Part shown: in pieces, positions 27,499 to 37,194 of the stretch
How positions within the stretch are numbered: position 1 is the stretch's first letter
Layout: each line of letters begins with the position of its first letter
IMG/VR virus record: IMGVR_UViG_2534682162_000005
Length of the DNA stretch: 37,194 bases
Source: a virus
Lineage: Duplodnaviria; Heunggongvirae; Uroviricota; Caudoviricetes
Direction: 5' to 3' (one strand)
Program-made: the position numbers and the translations under genes
The notes under the pieces: model-generated
Told to the model about the DNA's origin: nothing
The model's database searches: none
What the model saw: only the letters and a program-made list of their open reading frames with translations

Positions 27499-28917
27499 AT
27501 GCCGATTCAGCAACTTCCGCTTATGAAAGGTGTCGGCAAAGATTTCAGAAACGCCGACTATATCGACTATCTGCCAGTGAATATGTTGGCTACACCCAAA
27601 GAAATCCTCAACAGCAGCGGATATCTTCGCTCATTCCCGGGCATTGCCAAACGCTCTGATGTGAACGGTGTATCTCGCGGCGTCGAGTACAACATGGCGC
27701 AGAATGCTGTTTATCGCGTGTGTGGCGGCAAACTCTACAAAGGCGAAAGCGAAGTCGGTGATGTTGCCGGAAGTGGTCGCGTATCAATGGCGCATGGTCG
27801 GACATCACAGGCGGTAGGTGTTAACGGGCAACTGGTCGAATACCGCTATGATGGCACGGTTAAAACCGTCTCAAACTGGCCTACAGATAGCGGATTCACG
27901 CAGTATGAGTTAGGTTCTGTTCGCGACATTACGCGTTTACGTGGGCGTTATGCGTGGTCAAAAGACGGTACTGATTCATGGTTTATCACTGACCTTGAAG
28001 ACGAATCGCACCCTGACCGCTACAGCGCACAATATCGCGCAGAATCGCAGCCTGACGGCATCATCGGCATCGGAACATGGCGAGACTTCATCGTCTGCTT
28101 TGGTTCATCGACGATTGAATATTTCTCCCTGACTGGTGCAACCACCGTTGGTGCTGCTTTGTATGTCGCACAGCCATCGCTGATGGTGCAGAAAGGTATT
28201 GCCGGAACTTACTGCAAAACGCCGTTTGCTGATTCCTATGCGTTCATCAGCAATCCGGCAACAGGTGCGCCGTCTGTGTACATCATCGGCTCCGGTCAGG
28301 TGTCACCAATCGCCAGTGCGAGCATTGAGAAAATCCTCCGCTCCTACACTGCTGATGAACTGGCTGATGGTGTGATGGAATCGTTGCGCTTTGATGCTCA
28401 TGAGTTGCTGATTATCCACCTGCCGCGCCACGTCCTATTATATGACGCATCTTCAAGCGCTAATGGTCCGCAATGGTGTGTGCTGAAAACAGGCCTGTAT
28501 GACGATGTGTACCGCGCTATCGACTTCATTTACGAAGGCAATCAGATAACGTGCGGCGATAAGCTGGAATCGGTGACCGGGAAATTGCAGTTCGATATCA
28601 GCAGTCAGTACGACAAGCAACAGGAACACCTGCTGTTTACTCCGTTGTTCAAAGCGGATAACGGCAGATGCTTCGATCTGGAAGTTGAATCATCGACGGG
28701 TGTCGCTCAGTACGCTGACCGCCTGTTCCTCTCTGCAACCACTGACGGCATCAATTACGGACGTGAGCAGATGATTGAGCAGAATGAACCGTTCGTTTAC
28801 GACAAACGCGTTTTGTGGAAGCGTGTCGGGCGCATCAGGAAAAACATTGGCTTCAAATTGCGCGTTATCACGAAGTCACCTGTCACTCTGTCTGGTTGCC
28901 AGATAAGGATTGAGTAA
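27499..28917 (+). CDS. Tail hub/plug protein (P22 gp10-like), 472 aa
   Basis: Track ORF; P22 gp10 length and position; ATGA-type overlap with the upstream gene. Confidence 0.85.
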   Translation: MPIQQLPLMKGVGKDFRNADYIDYLPVNMLATPKEILNSSGYLRSFPGIAKRSDVNGVSRGVEYNMAQNAVYRVCGGKLYKGESEVGDVAGSGRVSMAHGRTSQAVGVNGQLVEYRYDGTVKTVSNWPTDSGFTQYELGSVRDITRLRGRYAWSKDGTDSWFITDLEDESHPDRYSAQYRAESQPDGIIGIGTWRDFIVCFGSSTIEYFSLTGATTVGAALYVAQPSLMVQKGIAGTYCKTPFADSYAFISNPATGAPSVYIIGSGQVSPIASASIEKILRSYTADELADGVMESLRFDAHELLIIHLPRHVLLYDASSSANGPQWCVLKTGLYDDVYRAIDFIYEGNQITCGDKLESVTGKLQFDISSQYDKQQEHLLFTPLFKADNGRCFDLEVESSTGVAQYADRLFLSATTDGINYGREQMIEQNEPFVYDKRVLWKRVGRIRKNIGFKLRVITKSPVTLSGCQIRIE

Positions 28918-29765
28918 TGGCTGATTCGAATCTCAACACTCCTGTTATTGTGCAGGCGACGCGGCTCGATACATCAATCCTTCCACGCAATATCTTCTCG
29001 CAGTCGTATCTGCTTTACGTTATTGCACAGGGTGCTGATGTTGGTAACGTGGCGAACAAGGCCAACGAGGCCGGGCAGGGCGCTTATGACGCACAAGTCA
29101 GGAACGATGAGCAGGATGTGATTCTCGCTGACCATGAGCAGCGAATTTCTGCTGCGGAAGCAACGCTTGTTAATCATGAGGAGCGAATCAGCCAGGCAGA
29201 ATCAACTCTTCAGGAACATGAAACGCGAATCGCTCAGAATGAAAGCGATATTGCGTCTCTTGATACCAGAGTTCAGTCGCTGGAGTCGCAGGTTTCAGAC
29301 CATGAAACGCGCATCGATGCTCTTGAGTATGCCACTACTCGCAAGAAGTCAGAGGTTGTTTACTCTGGCGTATCTGTAACCATCCCGACAGCGCCGACCA
29401 ACCTTGTTAGCCTGCTGAAAACGCTCACGCCGTCATCCGGCACGTTGGCACCATTCTTCGACACCGTTAACAACAAGATGGTTGTGTTCAACGAGAACAA
29501 AACACTGCTCTTCAAGCTGTCGATTGTCGGCACGTGGCCCAGCGGAACCGCCAACAGGTCAATGCAGCTAACCTTTTCCGGCTCTGTTCCTGACACACTG
29601 GTAAGCAGCCGCAACTCGGCGACAACAACCGATAACATCTTGTTAGCTACGTTCTTCAGCGTGGATAAAGACGGCTTTCTTGCCACAAATGGCAGCACGT
29701 TAACCATTCAGTCAAATGGGGCGGCGTTTACTGCCACAACCATCAAGATAATCGCGGAGCAGTAA
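28917..29765 (+). CDS. Tail needle (P22 gp26-like) with extended C-terminal knob, 282 aa
   Basis: Track ORF; N-terminal coiled-coil heptads (…[40 protein letters not shown]…); about 50 aa longer than P22 gp26, with Sf6/HK620-type knob. Confidence 0.8.
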   Translation: MADSNLNTPVIVQATRLDTSILPRNIFSQSYLLYVIAQGADVGNVANKANEAGQGAYDAQVRNDEQDVILADHEQRISAAEATLVNHEERISQAESTLQEHETRIAQNESDIASLDTRVQSLESQVSDHETRIDALEYATTRKKSEVVYSGVSVTIPTAPTNLVSLLKTLTPSSGTLAPFFDTVNNKMVVFNENKTLLFKLSIVGTWPSGTANRSMQLTFSGSVPDTLVSSRNSATTTDNILLATFFSVDKDGFLATNGSTLTIQSNGAAFTATTIKIIAEQ

Positions 29766-30220
29766 TGATTCAGTTCAAACCAACGCGAAACATCGACCTG
29801 ATCGAAGCAGTCGGAAATCACCCTGACATTATTGCCGGAAGCAACAACGGTGATGGATACGACTACAAGCCTGAATGCCGTTACTTTGAGGTTAACGTGC
29901 ACGGTCAGTTTGGCGGCATTGTTTACTATCAGGAAATTCAGCCGCTTACATTCGATTGCCACGCCATGTACCTGCCAGAGGTTCGTGGATTCAGCAAGGA
30001 AATCGGACTGGAGTTCTGGCGATACATTCTGACTAACACCACCTTTCAGTGCGTCACATCGTTCGCCGCACGCAAATTCCGAAACGGGCAGATTTACTGC
30101 GCAATGATTGGCCTTAAGCGTGTCGGAACCATCAAGAAATACTTCAAAGGCGTGGATGACGTGACATTTTACAGTGCTACACGCGAAGAACTAATCGAAT
30201 TCCTGAATCACGGGAGATAG
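29765..30220 (+). CDS. P22 gp14-like head/tail assembly protein, 151 aa
   Basis: Track ORF; position and size as in P22 gene order 4-10-26-14. Confidence 0.7.
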   Translation: MIQFKPTRNIDLIEAVGNHPDIIAGSNNGDGYDYKPECRYFEVNVHGQFGGIVYYQEIQPLTFDCHAMYLPEVRGFSKEIGLEFWRYILTNTTFQCVTSFAARKFRNGQIYCAMIGLKRVGTIKKYFKGVDDVTFYSATREELIEFLNHGR

Positions 30221-30222
30221 CC

Positions 30223-30921
30223 ATGTTATATGCATTTAAGCTGGGCAGAAAACTGCGCGGCGAGGAACCTTATTGCCCTGAAAAAGGCGGGAAAGGTGGC
30301 AGCTCTGATAAAAGCGCAAAGTATGCAGCAGAAGCTCAGAAGTATGCCGCAGACCTGCAAAATCAGCAGTGGCAGACGATCATGAAAAACCTTGCTCCGT
30401 TCACGCCTCTTGCGGAGCAGTATGTTAACCAGCTTCAGAACCTTTCCAGTTTAGAAGGTCAGGGGCAGGCACTTAATCAGTATTACAACTCTCAGCAGTA
30501 TAAAGACCTTGCAGGTCAGGCTCGTTACCAGAGTCTTGCTGCTGCGGAGGCTACGGGAGGACTTGGTTCGACAGCCACAAGCAATCAACTGGCTACGATC
30601 GCGCCGACTCTCGGTCAGTCTTGGTTATCAAACCAGATGAGCAATTACAACAATCTGGCAAACGTTGGGCTTGGTGCTCTGCAAGGTCAGGCAAACGCCG
30701 GGCAGACGTACGCCAACAACATGAGCAGCATTGCACAGCAAAGCGCAGCTCTTTCCGCTGCTAATGCCAACAAACCATCAAGTCTTCAGACAGCAATTAG
30801 TGGCGGAACGTCTGGTGCGATTGCCGGTGCAGGTCTTGCCAGCCTTTTGGAAACATCAACACCTTGGGGCGCTGGCATTGGTGCTGGTATCGGATTGCTT
30901 GGTTCGTTGTTTAAGGGGTAA
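30223..30921 (+). CDS. Ejection protein (P22 gp7-like), 232 aa
   Basis: Track ORF; Q/A/G-rich low-complexity protein in the gp7 position. Confidence 0.75.
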   Translation: MLYAFKLGRKLRGEEPYCPEKGGKGGSSDKSAKYAAEAQKYAADLQNQQWQTIMKNLAPFTPLAEQYVNQLQNLSSLEGQGQALNQYYNSQQYKDLAGQARYQSLAAAEATGGLGSTATSNQLATIAPTLGQSWLSNQMSNYNNLANVGLGALQGQANAGQTYANNMSSIAQQSAALSAANANKPSSLQTAISGGTSGAIAGAGLASLLETSTPWGAGIGAGIGLLGSLFKG

Positions 30922-30923
30922 TC

Positions 30924-32219
30924 ATGGCTACTTGGCAAGGATCAAATGGCGGATTGTTGGCTGGTATCGGCGGCGTCAACTCAAACGCTCCGAGCGTAAA
31001 TGACATCGGCAATACGCTTCAGCTTATCAGGCAGAACAATGATATTGAGCGTTCAGGCGCTAACAATGTTGGGCTGACTGCTTTGCAAGGCCTTTCAGGC
31101 ATTGCGGGGGTGTTTCAGCAGGAAAAGCAGGCTCAGAGGCAGAAAGAATTTCAGCAGGCATACGCTAATGCTTATGCGTCTGGTGATCGCGGTGCTTTGC
31201 GTCAGTTGGCTACTCAATATCCAGACCAGATTGAATCTGTTCGTAAAGGCATGGGATTCATTGATGAAGACCAGCGCAATTCTATCGGCACCTTAGCGGC
31301 TGGCGCACGCCTTGCGGCCTCGTCTCCAGAAGCAATGCAATCATGGCTGCAAAACAACGCCAATGAGCTGGCGCGCGTCGGTGTTGACCCTAATAACGTT
31401 GCTCAGATGTATCAGCAGAATCCTTCAGGATTTGGTGAGTTTGTTGATCACCTTGGGATGGCTGCTCTTGGTCCTATTGATTACTTCAATGTTCAGGACA
31501 AGATGGCAGGTCGTGAGATTGACCGAGGCAGGCTGGCAGAGACAATCCGCAGCAATCAGGCCGGAGAAGCACTAACAGCTCGAGGTCAGGACATCCAGAT
31601 ACGTGGACAGAACATCAGCGCACAGAATGCTGCTCTTTCCCGAGAAATACAAAGAGCAGAATTACAAGAAAAGGCTCTGGACAGACAGATAGCCAGAGAA
31701 AGCAATCAGTTAAAGCTTGAAGAGCTAAAACAGAAACAGGCAGATGTTCGGAAAAAGGCTGACATAGCCCGCGCTGACAGGCAGGCCGCCGCTCAGGGGG
31801 CAGTTGATACGTTCAGCACCGCGCTTGATTCTCTCAACGAGATAGAGCAAAGCCCCGGCCTTTCAAAAGCAGTAGGAATTCGCTCAGCGTTTCCGACAGT
31901 TCCTGGCTCTGATGCGGCTAACTTTGAAGCAAGGCTCGACACCTTTAAAGCTCAAACATTCCTTCCTATGGTGCAGTCCCTGAAGGGTATGGGCGCTCTT
32001 TCAGATGCTGAGGGTAAAAAATTATCCGATGCGGTTGGTGCCCTAAGCCCCAAAATGAGTGAAAAGGCTTTTCGTGACTCTATCGGAAAGATTAGAAATC
32101 AGCTTGAAAGCAAGTTGAGCACTGTTAAAAAACAGTTTGATTATCAGGAGCCGGTTCAGAATATGCCAGGGAAACAATCTACTACTGGCAGTAACTTTTC
32201 TTCACTATGGGGTGATTAA
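30924..32219 (+). CDS. Ejection protein (P22 gp20-like), 431 aa
   Basis: Track ORF; position after gp7; Q/A-rich composition. Confidence 0.75.
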   Translation: MATWQGSNGGLLAGIGGVNSNAPSVNDIGNTLQLIRQNNDIERSGANNVGLTALQGLSGIAGVFQQEKQAQRQKEFQQAYANAYASGDRGALRQLATQYPDQIESVRKGMGFIDEDQRNSIGTLAAGARLAASSPEAMQSWLQNNANELARVGVDPNNVAQMYQQNPSGFGEFVDHLGMAALGPIDYFNVQDKMAGREIDRGRLAETIRSNQAGEALTARGQDIQIRGQNISAQNAALSREIQRAELQEKALDRQIARESNQLKLEELKQKQADVRKKADIARADRQAAAQGAVDTFSTALDSLNEIEQSPGLSKAVGIRSAFPTVPGSDAANFEARLDTFKAQTFLPMVQSLKGMGALSDAEGKKLSDAVGALSPKMSEKAFRDSIGKIRNQLESKLSTVKKQFDYQEPVQNMPGKQSTTGSNFSSLWGD

Positions 32220-34216
32220 TGGCTAAAGCATGGAAAGATGTTATCGCCTCTCCACAGTATCAGGCGTTAGCACCAGAACAAAAAGCGCAGGCTCAGGAGC
32301 AATACTTCAATGAAGTCGTGGCCCCGCAAGCCGGAGAAAATGCAGAGCAGGCTAAGCAAGCTTTCTATGCAGCCTATCCATTGCCATCTGTGCAGCCAGT
32401 GGAGACACAGCAACCAGTAGCACAGCAACAACCACAGCAAAGTGGATTTATGTCTGATCTTGGCGAAGCAGTAAAAGAGACTGGTCGCGGACTGGTGCAG
32501 GCTGGCGTGAACGTGGCAAACATACCTGCATCAGTTGCCGATGCTGTAACGAGCGCGGCGGCTTGGGCTGGCGGTAAACTCGGCATTGGCGATGGTACAT
32601 ATCAACCAGCACCACGAGTAACAACGCAGGGATTAGAGCAGGACTTTGGCCTTCAGCAAGGCGCGCTGACTCCACAAACGACAGAGGGAAGGGTATTTGC
32701 TGAAGCATTGCCTTACCTCACTCCTGCTGGCGTTGAGAGAGCGGCAACACAGGCACCAACACTTGCTGGTCGAATTGCTCAGGGGGCAACTCGCCTTCTA
32801 GCAGAAAACGCAGTTGGATCACTTGCTGCAAATAGTGCGAAAGATGATGCGGAAGCACTCGCCACCGATTTAGGCGTTGGCGTTCTGGCTGGCGGCGCTA
32901 TTAACGCTGCCGGACGTGGATTAGGCGCTGCTTATCGTGGCGTTCGTGGTGCTATTGCACCAGAAGCGCAGCAAGCTATCAGATTTGCAGAGCGTGAAGG
33001 AGTGCCTCTGCACACCACAGACCTGTTACAGCCTACTTCCCGCGTCGGGAAAATGGCGCAGACTACAGCAGAAAATATTCCCCTGGCTGGCACAAGCGGA
33101 ATGAGAGCAACGCAACAGGAAGCGAGAAGTCAGTTGGTGCAGAGATTTGCTGATAAATTCGGCGAGTATGATCCAGCGGTTGTTATTGACAGCCTTAAAG
33201 CGAAAACATCAGGAATTCGTCGTGCCGCCGGTAATCGACTGGAGCAGGTTCAGAATGCTATGGCTGGAGTAAACATTCAGCCTGCGCGAGCAATTCAGCA
33301 GATTGATACAGAAATATCTAACCTGCAGAAGCTTGGTAAGGTTGCTGATAACGAGACTATTTCAAAACTTCAGTCCTATCGTGATGAGCTTGTTCGCAAT
33401 GCTAGTCCTGATGGTCCGGTAAATCTGGATTTGAAGCAATTAAGCGATCTGCGCAGCCAGTTCAGAATGGACGTGAAGGGGGAGCGACCAGTGTTACCAA
33501 ACCGTTCCGATGCTGCCATTCAGCGCGTTTACAAGGCGATGACAGACGATATCAATGGTGCCATTGGTCAGAATCTTGGCAACGATACTCTCCGTAAATA
33601 TCAGCAGGCCAATGCCGTCTACGCTGACGAAGCGGCGAAACTAAAGAATACCAGGCTGAAGAATGTTCTCATGAAAGGCGATCTGACGCCGGAAGTTGTC
33701 AACAACATGCTATTCAGCAAGAACAAATCGGAAATTAAGACGCTGTATAACTCAGTTGGTCGTGTTGGCAGGGCGCAAATGCGCAATGGCATCATTGGAA
33801 AGGCGATGGAGAAATCAGGGGGTTCCCCTGATCAGTTCCTTCGACAGCTTAACATCCTGCAAAACCAGACTGGCATCACATTTAAGGGGCAGGACGCTGC
33901 TTATCTGAAAGGATTGAAAAACTACCTGCAATCCACGCAGCAGGCTGCAAAAGCGGCAGTAACAACACCAACAGGGCAGCAAACCATCCCGTTCATTATC
34001 GGGTATGGGACAGCAATGAACCCGGCGACAACTGGCGCAGCGGTAAGCTACGGACTTCTTACTCGCGCCTATGAGAGTGAGCCATTCAGAAATGCAATGC
34101 TACGAATGGCAAACACACAACGCGGATCGACAGCGTTTGAGAAAGCCATGCAGCAAGCGCAAAAAGCGATTAATGCACTGACGCAGGGTGCGAAGTCTGA
34201 TTCGTTGTCAGAATAG
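32219..34216 (+). CDS. Ejection protein (P22 gp16-like), 665 aa
   Basis: Track ORF; last gene of the ejection-protein triplet; ATGG overlap with the upstream gene. Confidence 0.75.
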   Translation: MAKAWKDVIASPQYQALAPEQKAQAQEQYFNEVVAPQAGENAEQAKQAFYAAYPLPSVQPVETQQPVAQQQPQQSGFMSDLGEAVKETGRGLVQAGVNVANIPASVADAVTSAAAWAGGKLGIGDGTYQPAPRVTTQGLEQDFGLQQGALTPQTTEGRVFAEALPYLTPAGVERAATQAPTLAGRIAQGATRLLAENAVGSLAANSAKDDAEALATDLGVGVLAGGAINAAGRGLGAAYRGVRGAIAPEAQQAIRFAEREGVPLHTTDLLQPTSRVGKMAQTTAENIPLAGTSGMRATQQEARSQLVQRFADKFGEYDPAVVIDSLKAKTSGIRRAAGNRLEQVQNAMAGVNIQPARAIQQIDTEISNLQKLGKVADNETISKLQSYRDELVRNASPDGPVNLDLKQLSDLRSQFRMDVKGERPVLPNRSDAAIQRVYKAMTDDINGAIGQNLGNDTLRKYQQANAVYADEAAKLKNTRLKNVLMKGDLTPEVVNNMLFSKNKSEIKTLYNSVGRVGRAQMRNGIIGKAMEKSGGSPDQFLRQLNILQNQTGITFKGQDAAYLKGLKNYLQSTQQAAKAAVTTPTGQQTIPFIIGYGTAMNPATTGAAVSYGLLTRAYESEPFRNAMLRMANTQRGSTAFEKAMQQAQKAINALTQGAKSDSLSE

Positions 34217-34306
34217 CCTTTCAAACACCAGGAACGTGCAAAAACCAAATATGTAGAACGCGAGGTTTATCGTATCCCTCTGCATAGGCGATACCTTTGC
34301 TGATTG

Positions 34307-34792
34307 TTATCTGATGCTACTGCTACTGTTGCATGTTACCGTGTTTCCAAATCCTGAATTGCAGTTTGTGTAAGTGTCAACTCGTGTTGGATAGGGTTGA
34401 GTTATAACAGGCTGTCTCGCTTTTTGCTCGATCGCTTGCATTGTGTTTACAGCCTGATAATTCAATAAAGCCTGCTGGAATGCTTGGCTTTGTGCTATTT
34501 GTTGGGCTTGTTCTTGGCTTTGTAATTGAACATAAAGATTCTGAAGCTCAAGTCTTGCCTGTGCGTCACTTATCTTGCCTTCATCGACACCTTGCCCGAG
34601 CATCTTTGCAGCAAGGACATACAGCTTAGGTGTTGGTGCTGATGCCATGCGTGAGTCGTTCTTCACACTGGCATCAAGGCAATTAGCCATATCGCTAAGC
34701 TTTTGATAGCGTTGTTCGCAACTTGCTTGATAGTCACTTACTTTTGCGCATCCAACCAGCAGAAGCGGGATAATTAACAGTGATTTTTTCAT
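34307..34792 (-). CDS. Lipoprotein, about 162 aa, in the P22 sieA position (candidate superinfection-exclusion moron)
   Basis: Track ORF 34307..34828; Met at 34792 has AAGGAGA SD; signal peptide MKKSLLIIPLLLVGC with lipobox LVGC, no Asp at +2; Q-rich C-terminal half. Confidence 0.65.
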   Translation of the reverse strand: MKKSLLIIPLLLVGCAKVSDYQASCEQRYQKLSDMANCLDASVKNDSRMASAPTPKLYVLAAKMLGQGVDEGKISDAQARLELQNLYVQLQSQEQAQQIAQSQAFQQALLNYQAVNTMQAIEQKARQPVITQPYPTRVDTYTNCNSGFGNTVTCNSSSSIR

Positions 34793-34862
34793 ATGGTTAA
34801 CTCTCCTTAGTTTTTCACAGGATATCATGAAGGCAATGCCATTTTAGCCGGAAACTAGATTT

Positions 34863-35162
34863 CTATGTTTCCTTTTTATTATTGCTATACATGGTCTTAA
34901 GCGTTTCAAAAACCATTTTCTTAACCATATCAGATTGTTGTTCTGCCATACGCTCTGCATCGTCAATGTAAACGGATTCAGAGCTTTGTTTAGCCAATGA
35001 TTCTTCAATCGCTGCAATTATCTCTGAGTTCAGCGACCTGTTATTCATCTTCGCGCGCTGTTTAATTTTCGCGTGGAGTTCATGCGGAAGTCTCAAGTGA
35101 AACTGCGCCTCGTCGTATTTGCTGTACATCCTTGATGCCTCACCAGTTGGGTGGAATGGCAT
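34863..35162 (-). CDS. mnt: Mnt-like ribbon-helix-helix repressor, 88 to 99 aa
   Basis: Track ORF; ...AQFHLRLPHELHAKIKQRAKMNNRSLNSEIIAAIEESL...DAERMAEQQSDMVKKMVFETLK parallels P22 Mnt; start at 35162 or 35129. Confidence 0.75.
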   Translation of the reverse strand: MPFHPTGEASRMYSKYDEAQFHLRLPHELHAKIKQRAKMNNRSLNSEIIAAIEESLAKQSSESVYIDDAERMAEQQSDMVKKMVFETLKTMYSNNKKET

Positions 35163-35202
35163 CGTAACCTACTGGATAAATACTCAATAGTACCATTTCG
35201 GT

Positions 35203-35225
35203 ATGCAATCACATCATGGTTGCAT
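35203..35225. promoter_or_regulatory. Palindrome ATGCAA-N11-TTGCAT between divergent mnt and tailspike (candidate operator)
   Basis: atgcaa at 35203-35208 and ttgcat at 35220-35225 are reverse complements; placement matches Omnt/Pant in P22 but the sequence differs. Confidence 0.35.
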
Positions 35226-35250
35226 CATATCATTCGTCTGGAGCAATGAA

Positions 35251-37194
35251 ATGTCAGATATCACCGCAAATGTTGTGGTAAGCATGCCTTCGCAACTCTT
35301 CACTATGGCTCGTTCTTTTAAAGCCGTAGCCAATGGCAAAATTTATATCGGTAAAATTGACACTGACCCGGTAAATCCTGAAAACCAGATTCAGGTTTAT
35401 GTGGAGAACGAAGACGGTTCTCACGTTCCTGTTTCGCAACCAATCATCATTAACGCTGCTGGATATCCGGTATATAACGGACAGATTGCCAAGTTCGTAA
35501 CTGTGCAAGGCCATTCCATGGCTGTATATGATGCGTATGGTGCGCAGCAGTTCTATTTTCCAAATGTGCTGAAGTACAACCCTGATCAATTACGAACAAT
35601 TCTTGAAGGAAGTATTATTGATTCTTCAGGCGATGTTTTTGGCTCTCCTGTGCGTGATTTTGAATATTTTGGCGCAGTAGGTGATGGTGTTGCCGATGAC
35701 ACTAATGCAATTAAATCCGCGGCTGCATGGGTTACTTCTGGAAATTACCGGCAAATAACTACCAGAGAGCAAAAGATATATCGCGTAACATCAACCGTTG
35801 ATTTTAATTTCGCTAACGGCCGCGGTCACTCGATCCTGATGAAGAGTCCGATTCGACCTGACGACGGAACAGGGATTGCGTTCCTGATTCAAAATACAAG
35901 AAACTCCACATTTGACCTTAAGGTTGATGGTGGTGGCGGGACGTTAGTTGATTACACCCAAGCTGACCCCGCAGGGGCACAAACAGCGTTCTATATTCGC
36001 GGTGTTCGTGAGTGTGATATCAATGTTAATGGAGTTGGCTATCTAGGCCGAGTCCTCCGTACCAATGGTTTGGATGCTGCAACCGGAGGGACCATTAAGA
36101 TGTCTTTTAATACCTTAAGCATCAATACAGGCGACCGTTCAGGTGCGGGTGTCTCATCACGATGTGGTCAGGCTTATTATTTGCAAGGCGACAGTTCCGC
36201 ATGGGGTAAGATTCAAACAGCTTGGATTCAATGGGATAGCTATGGTTCAGTCCATGATGGGCTTACTGACTTTACCGTAGATAACATCGAATTCGGAGCA
36301 GACAATATTGGTGGACTTAAGTTTCTTGGTATTCGTACTGCGCATATAAATACCATCTCTGGTGGGGACGAAACTAATACTAACACAGTCGTGTACTTCG
36401 GCCCGACTACATCAGGTCAGCACTGCCAGGGAGTGCATGTAAATAGAATATTCAGCACCTACGGTGCAATAGGCGTTGAGTTCAACGGAAATCCTTCAAG
36501 CTCAACTACAGGTGAGTTTTTTGTAGAGAGTATAACAACCACTAATAATACTAATTGTGGCATCCGAGTTAGTAACTGTAGTAGTTCTTACTTTGGGCTG
36601 TACAGTACAGGTGATGCTACTGGCATTAAGTTGGCTGGGGTATGCCGGAACGTACGCTTCAGGAATATTCACATCCAAAGCATATTCAGCGCTATTGTTG
36701 CAGAGTCAGGGGCTAACATCGGTAATATTTACTTCGAAGGTAGGATAGTTGGAAACAGCGGCGCAACAAATGTGGATATTACATCAGCCACAGTTGGGAA
36801 AGTTGATTTCGATAAAGTTATGTGCACTGCCCCTAGCGGAGCATACTCTATACCAGTTGCAAACGTTGTTAGCGTTAGGAATGGAGCTATTGACCTGTCT
36901 GGTACTGGCACAGCTTTCCCTTTAGGAACGGCAAAGGTAGTTATTAATAACGACGGATTTGTTACCAGAAATAGAGGGGCTGGATCTATTTCAGCGGGTA
37001 ATCAGACGATTGTGATAAATCATGGTCTTGCACAACAGCCAACAGAAATATGTGTGACGCCATTATCAACAGCAACTGGGTTTAGAGTGCTTAATATTAC
37101 AGCGACATCATTTGATGTGAGATTATCCTCTGCATTAGGTGGTTCGGATCCAGCTTGGACATTCAATTGGTTTGCATCATGTGAGTATCATTAA
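35251..37194 (+). CDS. Tailspike: P22 gp9-type N-terminal head-binding domain fused to a divergent beta-helix receptor-binding domain, 647 aa
   Basis: Track ORF 35203..37194; Met at 35251 ([13 protein letters not shown]...) with GGAG SD; first about 110 aa match P22 tailspike; remainder diverges ([18 protein letters not shown] motif). Confidence 0.9.
   Translation: MSDITANVVVSMPSQLFTMARSFKAVANGKIYIGKIDTDPVNPENQIQVYVENEDGSHVPVSQPIIINAAGYPVYNGQIAKFVTVQGHSMAVYDAYGAQQFYFPNVLKYNPDQLRTILEGSIIDSSGDVFGSPVRDFEYFGAVGDGVADDTNAIKSAAAWVTSGNYRQITTREQKIYRVTSTVDFNFANGRGHSILMKSPIRPDDGTGIAFLIQNTRNSTFDLKVDGGGGTLVDYTQADPAGAQTAFYIRGVRECDINVNGVGYLGRVLRTNGLDAATGGTIKMSFNTLSINTGDRSGAGVSSRCGQAYYLQGDSSAWGKIQTAWIQWDSYGSVHDGLTDFTVDNIEFGADNIGGLKFLGIRTAHINTISGGDETNTNTVVYFGPTTSGQHCQGVHVNRIFSTYGAIGVEFNGNPSSSTTGEFFVESITTTNNTNCGIRVSNCSSSYFGLYSTGDATGIKLAGVCRNVRFRNIHIQSIFSAIVAESGANIGNIYFEGRIVGNSGATNVDITSATVGKVDFDKVMCTAPSGAYSIPVANVVSVRNGAIDLSGTGTAFPLGTAKVVINNDGFVTRNRGAGSISAGNQTIVINHGLAQQPTEICVTPLSTATGFRVLNITATSFDVRLSSALGGSDPAWTFNWFASCEYH

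Larger units (their letters stand above)
1690..37194. mobile_element. P22-like/lambdoid mosaic prophage (KplE1/CPS-53-type, argW-associated), torI-proximal end to tailspike; integrase end outside window
   Basis: Contiguous phage gene order from excisionase through immunity, replication, nin, Q/lysis, terminase, portal, scaffold, coat, ejection proteins and tailspike; tRNA 3'-end-like core at the left junction. Confidence 0.9.

Noticed and set aside
35203-35250. Extended tailspike start at 35203 ([16 protein letters not shown]...)
   Set aside because: The extension runs through the intergenic palindrome and lacks an SD; Met at 35251 has a GGAG SD and matches the P22 tailspike N-terminus.
1-37194. 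Missing integrase as a sign of a degraded prophage
   Set aside because: In KplE1-type prophages int and the excisionase sit at opposite ends; the window ends at the tailspike, so int is expected just beyond it. Absence here is not evidence of decay.
1-37194. CRISPR arrays or complete tRNA/rRNA genes
   Set aside because: No regularly spaced direct repeats were seen by eye; only the tRNA-derived fragments at the att junction are present.

Overview
The window holds the 3' end of a host sucrose-utilisation locus (cscB, 1..1248) followed by about 35.5 kb of a single P22-like/lambdoid mosaic prophage, entered from its excisionase (torI) end; the integrase end lies beyond the window. Everything here is read by eye from the sequence and ORF track; protein identities are recalled family resemblances, not database hits. 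Gene order on the minus strand (early-left operon, read from PL): N-like antiterminator, an AT-rich two-gene cassette, a coiled-coil protein, cIII, kil, Erf recombinase, phage SSB, Ead/Ea22-like and DUF551 genes, then torI next to an argW-like att core. On the plus strand: P22-type immunity region (c2-like repressor, cro, c1/cII-like, operators, nutL/nutR), an O-like initiator with iteron origin inside the gene, DnaB-type helicase, a lambda-like nin region (ninB/E/F/H, RusA, YbcO-like, Rha/KilAC), lambda-type Q-pR'-tR'-S-R-Rz/Rz1, then a P22-type packaging/head/ejection module (gp3, gp2, gp1, gp8, gp5, gp4, gp10, gp26 with knob, gp14, gp7, gp20, gp16), a leftward mnt-lipoprotein pair and a chimeric tailspike. 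No CRISPR array, intact tRNA or rRNA was seen. The best candidates for an undescribed accessory system are (i) the AT-rich two-gene cassette just downstream of N (8013..8856), (ii) the mnt-lipoprotein operon in the immI/sieA position (34307..35162), and (iii) a membrane-anchored protein plus small wHTH-like protein after the helicase terminator (13488..14084). None can be assigned a function from sequence alone.
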